The notes under the pieces were generated by a model. That model was not told the DNA's origin, made no database searches, and saw only the letters and a program-made list of their open reading frames with translations. Of a stretch of 64,000 nt of DNA, positions 55,675 to 64,000 are shown piece after piece; position 1 is the stretch's first letter, and each line of letters starts with the position of its first letter. This stretch comes from Escherichia coli. Its GTDB lineage: Bacteria; Pseudomonadota; Gammaproteobacteria; Enterobacterales; Enterobacteriaceae. The translations under genes and the position numbers were made by a program. Location of the stretch: the NCBI RefSeq assembly GCF_003991155.1, contig NZ_CP031293.1, one strand, 5' to 3'.

Positions 55675-56142
55675 ATGCTTAAACAGGTAGAAATTTTCAC
55701 CGATGGTTCGTGTCTGGGTAATCCTGGACCTGGGGGTTACGGCGCTATTTTACGCTATCGCGGACGCGAGAAAACCTTTAGCGCAGGCTACACCCGCACC
55801 ACCAACAACCGTATGGAGTTGATGGCCGCTATTGTCGCGCTGGAGGCGTTAAAAGAACATTGCGAAGTCATTTTGAGTACCGACAGCCAGTATGTCCGCC
55901 AGGGGATCACTCAGTGGATCCATAACTGGAAAAAACGTGGCTGGAAAACAGCAGACAAAAAACCAGTAAAAAATGTCGATCTCTGGCAACGTCTTGATGC
56001 TGCATTGGGGCAGCATCAAATCAAATGGGAATGGGTTAAAGGCCATGCCGGACACCCGGAAAACGAACGTTGCGATGAACTGGCTCGTGCCGCAGCGATG
56101 AATCCCACACTGGAAGATACGGGCTATCAAGTCGAAGTTTAA
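55675..56142 (+). CDS. rnhA: Ribonuclease HI
   Basis: 155 aa [26 protein letters not shown]...; divergent from dnaQ. Confidence 0.9.
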
Positions 56143-56861
56143 GCCTGTGGTTTACGACATTGCCGGGTGGCTCCAACCGCCTGGCGAATTCGTGGCTTGT
56201 TTTTACTCTGTTTCATCGGGTTTAGCGTTAAAGGAATAGTCCGTTTCCGGGCAACAATAAGTTGTAAGCAACCAAGCGCAGGAATATGCGCATTCAATAG
56301 TTTTCCTCCGTGTTTGTTCCACGGGAGAACGTGGAAACGGCTGGCGTGCAGCACTTCAAAATTCAACAAAGAGAGCCAGTCCAGTTGCCGCATCAGAGTA
56401 AACATCCGGCTGTTATAGGGCGAGGTTTTTCGCAATACCGGCACAAGTTTGCGTAATCCCATTAAACTGATGGGATTGAAGCCACTAATCACCAGCCAGC
56501 CATCATCAATCAGTACCCGATCGGCTTCACGCAATAAACGATGCGGATCGGTGCACCACGGCAAGGTATGTGCCAGTAGACAAACATCAACGGATTTATC
56601 GGCAAAAGGAAGATGAAGTGGATCTGCCTGCACCTGGACGGGCATTCCTTGCGCAGAAACATTCACTTGATGAGAAACCGCGCACGCTTCGCAATTGATT
56701 TCTGCGCTTAAATTGCCAATCTTAAGCAGATGAAAACCATACATTTTAGTGAACCACGGGTTGAGCTGGCGCTCCAGCGCCTTGCGATAAAGCTCTCCCC
56801 AGGGCAAATCGCCCCAGCAATCAGGAGCCACGACAGTTTGAGGGACTCTTGCCGGTTTCAT
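56139..56861 (-). CDS. yafS: SAM-dependent methyltransferase
   Basis: ORF-track; start taken at MKPARVP. Confidence 0.8.
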
Positions 56862-56891
56862 CACAACCTTCCGTTTCACACTGAGAGGTAA

Positions 56892-57650
<759 letters not shown>

Positions 57651-57721
57651 TAAAACTTTCTTGTCATCGGCTCCGTTCGCCGTTATGATCGGTCGTCTTT
57701 TAAGCAACTATTGACACACAC

Positions 57722-59080
57722 ATGAAGGCAAAAGCGATATTACTCGCCTCTGTCCTGCTCGTGGGTTGCCAGAGTACCGGCAACGTTCAACAGCACGCAC
57801 AGAGCCTTTCTGCAGCTGGTCAAGGGGAAGCAGCAAAGTTTACAAGTCAGGCACGATGGATGGACGATGGGACGTCTATCGCGCCAGATGGTGACTTGTG
57901 GGCTTTCATTGGCGACGAGCTAAAGATGGGAATTCCGGAAAATGACCGGATTCGCGAACAGAAACAGAAATATTTACGCAATAAGAGCTATCTCCACGAT
58001 GTAACTTTACGGGCAGAGCCGTATATGTACTGGATAGCAGGGCAAGTTAAAAAACGTAACATGCCTATGGAACTGGTACTACTACCCATAGTGGAGAGCG
58101 CTTTTGATCCTCACGCAACGTCTGGCGCCAATGCCGCAGGCATCTGGCAGATCATTCCGAGCACGGGGCGCAATTATGGTTTGAAACAGACCCGCAATTA
58201 TGACGCGCGTCGCGATGTTGTTGCTTCAACAACTGCCGCGCTGAATATGATGCAGCGTCTGAACAAAATGTTTGACGGCGACTGGCTTCTGACCGTAGCG
58301 GCTTATAACAGCGGCGAAGGTCGGGTCATGAAGGCAATTAAAACGAACAAAGCGCGTGGGAAATCCACGGACTTCTGGTCGTTACCGTTGCCGCAGGAAA
58401 CGAAGCAGTACGTGCCTAAAATGCTGGCATTGAGTGATATTCTCAAAAACAGCAAGCGTTATGGCGTACGTCTGCCAACGACCGATGAAAGCCGTGCTCT
58501 GGCGCGTGTGCACCTGAGTAGCCCGGTTGAAATGGCGAAGGTTGCAGATATGGCGGGGATTTCCGTCAGCAAGCTGAAGACATTCAACGCTGGCGTGAAA
58601 GGCTCCACGCTGGGCGCAAGTGGGCCGCAGTACGTGATGGTGCCAAAGAAGCATGCAGATCAACTGCGTGAATCTCTGGCTTCAGGCGAAATTGCTGCTG
58701 TACAGTCGACGCTGGTTGCCGACAATACGCCGCTTAACAGCCGTGTTTACACCGTACGCTCTGGCGACACGCTTTCAAGTATCGCTTCACGTCTCGGCGT
58801 AAGCACCAAAGATTTGCAGCAGTGGAACAAACTGCGCGGATCTAAGCTGAAGCCAGGCCAAAGTTTGACGATTGGCGCAGGCAGTAGCGCACAGCGACTG
58901 GCAAACAACAGCGATAGCATTACTTATCGTGTGCGCAAAGGCGATTCGCTTTCAAGCATTGCTAAACGCCACGGCGTGAACATCAAAGATGTGATGCGCT
59001 GGAACAGCGACACTGCGAATCTGCAACCAGGCGATAAGCTGACGTTGTTTGTGAAAAACAACAACATGCCAGATTCCTGA
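57722..59080 (+). CDS. mltD: Membrane-bound lytic murein transglycosylase D
   Basis: 452 aa lipoprotein with LT domain and C-terminal LysM repeats. Confidence 0.85.
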   Translation: MKAKAILLASVLLVGCQSTGNVQQHAQSLSAAGQGEAAKFTSQARWMDDGTSIAPDGDLWAFIGDELKMGIPENDRIREQKQKYLRNKSYLHDVTLRAEPYMYWIAGQVKKRNMPMELVLLPIVESAFDPHATSGANAAGIWQIIPSTGRNYGLKQTRNYDARRDVVASTTAALNMMQRLNKMFDGDWLLTVAAYNSGEGRVMKAIKTNKARGKSTDFWSLPLPQETKQYVPKMLALSDILKNSKRYGVRLPTTDESRALARVHLSSPVEMAKVADMAGISVSKLKTFNAGVKGSTLGASGPQYVMVPKKHADQLRESLASGEIAAVQSTLVADNTPLNSRVYTVRSGDTLSSIASRLGVSTKDLQQWNKLRGSKLKPGQSLTIGAGSSAQRLANNSDSITYRVRKGDSLSSIAKRHGVNIKDVMRWNSDTANLQPGDKLTLFVKNNNMPDS

Positions 59081-59097
59081 CAAATCAGATAATCAAA

Positions 59098-59127
59098 AGG
59101 CACCGATTCCCCCGGTGCCTTTTTTAT
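59098..59127. terminator. Bidirectional rho-independent terminator (mltD/yafE)
   Basis: AGGCACCGATTCCCCCGGTGCCT hairpin followed by TTTTTTATTT. Confidence 0.6.
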
Positions 59128-59898
59128 TTATGCCGCTTTATGTGCTTCTACCATGATGATATCACTGGTGAAAGAGCCGTCATTCTGCAAGGCAAAATAC
59201 GTTCTCACCTCTGTCGATGCGCTCTGTTGGTAAATGCGAATAGCGTCTACTAACGCTTCTGGCGTACGCATTCTCGCGACCCATGAAGAAAATTCCAGCG
59301 GTAACTTATCTGTAATTAAATTATCAACTATCAGATTGGCTTCATTGATTAACGTCAACCACTCACCGCTGGCGTAGTTTCGTACGTGAGAGGTATCGCG
59401 TAATGCTTCTACCGTCTGTAACCAGACGTCGCGCACTGGGTGACCCGGAGACATTACGTCCATCACAATCAGCCTACCGCCAGGTTTCAATATCCTATTC
59501 ACTTCTCGCAGTGCTGCACCAACATCATGCCAGTGATGGGCAGAATAACGGCTGATAACAATATCAAATGCGTTATCGGCAAATGGCAGACTTTCGGCAT
59601 ATCCCTGGCGGGTGGCGATATTTTTCAGGTGCCCGGCTTCGGCAGCTTGTGCCACGACATCCAGCATTTGGGCAGATAAGTCATACGCCACCACCGCGCT
59701 CACGTTTTGCGCAGCGACAAAGCTGGCATGCCCTGCTCCGCAGCCCATATCAAGTACGCTTGCATCAGGATAATCAGCCAGACGCACCGCCAGGCGCTGT
59801 AAATCTCGCCCGGATGCATGTACGGTACTGGTTAAATACTCACTGGCCTGCGAGCTAAACTGCTTTTCTACGTGGTCATGGTGGGATTGTGTTGTCAT
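59128..59898 (-). CDS. yafE: UbiE/COQ5-type SAM-dependent methyltransferase
   Basis: 256 aa with ..VLDMGCGAGH.. SAM-binding motif. Confidence 0.75.
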   Translation of the reverse strand: MTTQSHHDHVEKQFSSQASEYLTSTVHASGRDLQRLAVRLADYPDASVLDMGCGAGHASFVAAQNVSAVVAYDLSAQMLDVVAQAAEAGHLKNIATRQGYAESLPFADNAFDIVISRYSAHHWHDVGAALREVNRILKPGGRLIVMDVMSPGHPVRDVWLQTVEALRDTSHVRNYASGEWLTLINEANLIVDNLITDKLPLEFSSWVARMRTPEALVDAIRIYQQSASTEVRTYFALQNDGSFTSDIIMVEAHKAA

Positions 59899-59974
59899 TG
59901 CGCTGTCCTTTTATTGTTTGATTAAAAAGGGCAGCGCCAAACGTTGGTCTGCCCTGTGGCAGACTTGACATACC

Positions 59975-60826
<852 letters not shown>

Positions 60827-61015
60827 CTACTGTTATAGGGATTTTAGCTCACTCTTTCAACGAGCAATTGTATATTGCTATGTAAGCAAGTGCTTACACC
60901 GGTCAGAAATTTGCTCATTATTGAGAACATTAAATCGGATGACATATCTCGCATCCTGATGGTTTAATGACAATTAAATTCAAAATATCTCTTCTATTTT
61001 GCAACAGGAGCAAAA

Positions 61016-61930
61016 ATGAAAGCCACGTCGGAAGAACTCGCCATTTTTGTTTCAGTCGTCGAAAGCGGCAGCTTTAGCCGGGCAGCGGAACAATTAGGGC
61101 AAGCAAACTCAGCGGTAAGCCGGGCGGTGAAAAAGCTGGAGATGAAACTTGGCGTTAGCCTGCTTAATCGGACCACGCGGCAACTTAGCCTGACGGAAGA
61201 AGGCGAGCGTTATTTTCGTCGCGTACAGTCAATTTTGCAGGAGATGGCAGCGGCAGAATCAGAAATTATGGAGACGCGTAATACACCGCGTGGACTGTTA
61301 CGGATCGATGCCGCAACTCCAGTGGTGCTGCACTTTCTGATGCCGTTGATTAAGCCTTTTCGTGAACGCTATCCGGAAGTCACTTTATCGCTAGTCTCCT
61401 CCGAAACGATTATTAATTTGATCGAAAGAAAAGTGGATGTCGCGATACGCGCCGGTACGTTAACGGATTCCAGCTTACGTGCCAGGCCGTTATTTAACAG
61501 TTATCGAAAAATTATCGCCTCCCCCGATTATATTTCCCGCTACGGGAAGCCAGAAACGATCGACGATTTAAAGCAACATATTTGCCTGGGATTCACTGAA
61601 CCCGCTTCCCTCAATACCTGGCCGATAGCCTGTAGCGATGGACAATTACATGAGGTGAAGTACGGTTTGTCATCCAATAGTGGGGAAACACTGAAACAGC
61701 TTTGCCTGAGTGGCAACGGGATTGCGTGTTTGTCCGACTACATGATCGACAGAGAAATCGCTCGCGGAGAATTGGTGGAGTTAATGGCAGATAAAGTATT
61801 GCCAGTGGAAATGCCATTCAGTGCCGTATATTACAGCGACCGTGCGGTAAGTACACGCATCCGGGCTTTTATCGATTTCCTTAGCGAGCATGTAAAAACA
61901 GCTCCCGGAGGAGCTGTCAGAGAGGCTTAA
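61016..61930 (+). CDS. yafC: LysR-family transcriptional regulator
   Basis: 304 aa with N-terminal HTH (..[23 protein letters not shown]..); divergent from dkgB. Confidence 0.8.
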   Translation: MKATSEELAIFVSVVESGSFSRAAEQLGQANSAVSRAVKKLEMKLGVSLLNRTTRQLSLTEEGERYFRRVQSILQEMAAAESEIMETRNTPRGLLRIDAATPVVLHFLMPLIKPFRERYPEVTLSLVSSETIINLIERKVDVAIRAGTLTDSSLRARPLFNSYRKIIASPDYISRYGKPETIDDLKQHICLGFTEPASLNTWPIACSDGQLHEVKYGLSSNSGETLKQLCLSGNGIACLSDYMIDREIARGELVELMADKVLPVEMPFSAVYYSDRAVSTRIRAFIDFLSEHVKTAPGGAVREA

Positions 61931-62730
61931 TCCCATTCAGGAGCCAGACCTTCCGGGCTAACCAGGCGGTCGTTGCAATCCAGTGCGGCGATCGCTTTTT
62001 TATCTTCGGCATCAAGCTGTAAATTTTGTGCCTTAAGATTACTTTCCAGGTTTTTACGTTTAGTAGAAGAAGGAATTACGGAGTAACCTTCCCCCATAGC
62101 CCACGCCAGAATCACTTGTGCCGGAGTCGCATTGTGTTTAGCTGCGATACGAGCAATAACCTCATCTTTCAGGGCCTTACCATACGCCAGCGTCATATAG
62201 GAAGTAATATGGATGCCGTGCTGTTTAGCCCAGGCGACCACTTTACGGTTTTGCAGATAAGGTGAGAGTTCAATCTGGTTAGTAGCGATGTTTTCAGCGC
62301 CAACAGCAGCAATCGCCTTTTCCATCAATGGGATCGTGAAGTTGGAAATACCGATCTCACGCGTCAGCCCTTGTTTTTTGGCTTCCAGCAGCGCCTGCAT
62401 AAACTCTTCAACAGAGACTTCATCGTTTGGTGACGGCCAGTGGATTAGCGTCAGATCAACATAATCGATACGCAATTTTTGCAGGCTCTCTTTCAGACTC
62501 GGGATCAATTTGTCTTTGCTGAGATTTTCAATCCAGATTTTAGTGGTGATGTAGAGTTCATGACGTGGCACGCCACTTTCTGCAATCGCCTGACCTACTG
62601 CGGCTTCGTTATCATAGATTTGTGCGGTATCAATTACGCGATAACCAAGTTCAAGCGCCGTTTTCACAGATGAAATAACAACGTCGTCTTTCAGACGGAA
62701 AGTACCTAAACCAAATGCAGGGATAGCCAT
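61927..62730 (-). CDS. dkgB: 2,5-diketo-D-gluconate reductase B (aldo-keto reductase)
   Basis: 267 aa [22 protein letters not shown]... Confidence 0.85.
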   Translation of the reverse strand: MAIPAFGLGTFRLKDDVVISSVKTALELGYRVIDTAQIYDNEAAVGQAIAESGVPRHELYITTKIWIENLSKDKLIPSLKESLQKLRIDYVDLTLIHWPSPNDEVSVEEFMQALLEAKKQGLTREIGISNFTIPLMEKAIAAVGAENIATNQIELSPYLQNRKVVAWAKQHGIHITSYMTLAYGKALKDEVIARIAAKHNATPAQVILAWAMGEGYSVIPSSTKRKNLESNLKAQNLQLDAEDKKAIAALDCNDRLVSPEGLAPEWD

Positions 62731-62851
62731 AATATGCCTCTTTTAATGCTATTTTCGTTAACTGAAGTGATTATGGGCTTTAGAATGTTGCGGAAAAAGG
62801 GCGTAAAACGCAGAGGATTTTTGCGATTTAAGCAATAATAGAAATATAGAC

Positions 62852-62885
62852 GAAAAAAAACCTCGAGCGTTAACTCGAGGCTTCT
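62852..62885 (-). terminator. rrn operon terminator after aspU
   Basis: On minus strand: CCTCGAGTTAACGCTCGAGG hairpin followed by TTTTTTTT. Confidence 0.55.
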
Positions 62886-62892
62886 TAATAAG

Positions 62893-62969
62893 TGGCGGAA
62901 CGGACGGGACTCGAACCCGCGACCCCCTGCGTGACAGGCAGGTATTCTAACCGACTGAACTACCGCTCC
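62893..62969 (-). tRNA. aspU: tRNA-Asp (GUC), distal gene of an rrn operon
   Basis: Identical tRNA-Asp sequence to the copy at 54670-54746; lies just downstream of 5S rRNA. Confidence 0.9.
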
Positions 62970-63021
62970 ACCGAATTCTTTTACAACCACCGGTTTTATG
63001 ACCGGCTTACTGCTTAATTTG

Positions 63022-63141
63022 ATGCCTGGCAGTTCCCTACTCTCGCATGGGGAGACCCCACACTACCATCGGCGCTACGGCGTTTCACTTCTGAGTTCGG
63101 CATGGGGTCAGGTGGGACCACCGCGCTAAGGCCGCCAGGCA
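63022..63141 (-). rRNA. rrfH: 5S ribosomal RNA
   Basis: Reverse complement matches 5S rRNA (TGCCTGGCGGCC...GGGAACTGCCAGGCAT), 120 nt. Confidence 0.9.
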
Positions 63142-63240
63142 AATTCTGTTTTATCAACACGTCCTGTTCTGACCTGTCGATTTAATCTGTATCAAGCTTA
63201 CTTGTCGATGTCTCTTCCGCCAAAACACCTTCGGCGTTGT

Positions 63241-64000
<760 letters not shown>

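Overview
This window is an Escherichia coli-type chromosomal segment containing a roughly 19.6 kb integrated element at the tRNA-Thr gene thrW, flanked by conserved core genes. All calls are by eye from the sequence and ORF track; no database search was run. Left core (1-10.9 kb): Zur-box-regulated ykgM-ykgO ribosomal paralogs, the ecpRABCDE common-pilus operon, ykgJ and yagU. Island (about 11.5-31.1 kb): bounded by thrW and a 16-bp partial direct repeat of the tRNA 3' end; it carries a P4-type tyrosine integrase, AlpA, an antirepressor-like gene, a run of small overlapping genes and a P4-alpha-like primase-helicase, but no capsid, portal, terminase or tail genes. Most interesting: an 8.2 kb segment bracketed by perfect 44-bp inverted repeats with TGAACCAAC iterons, encoding four co-directional proteins that resemble a podovirus ejection/internal-core module (the last with an N-terminal lytic-transglycosylase motif), plus a lipoprotein, an XhlA-like membrane protein and two small RHH-like genes. 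Right core (31.1-64 kb): proAB, phoE, crl, frsA, gpt, pepD, intact rtcB-like/prfH, yafP-dinB without yafNO, Flag-2 remnants lfhA'/lafU', REP-flanked rayT, dinJ with a frameshifted yafQ, gmhA, fadE, ivy, yafV, aspV, dnaQ, rnhA, gloB, mltD, dkgB, then aspU, 5S rRNA and the 3' end of 23S rRNA.
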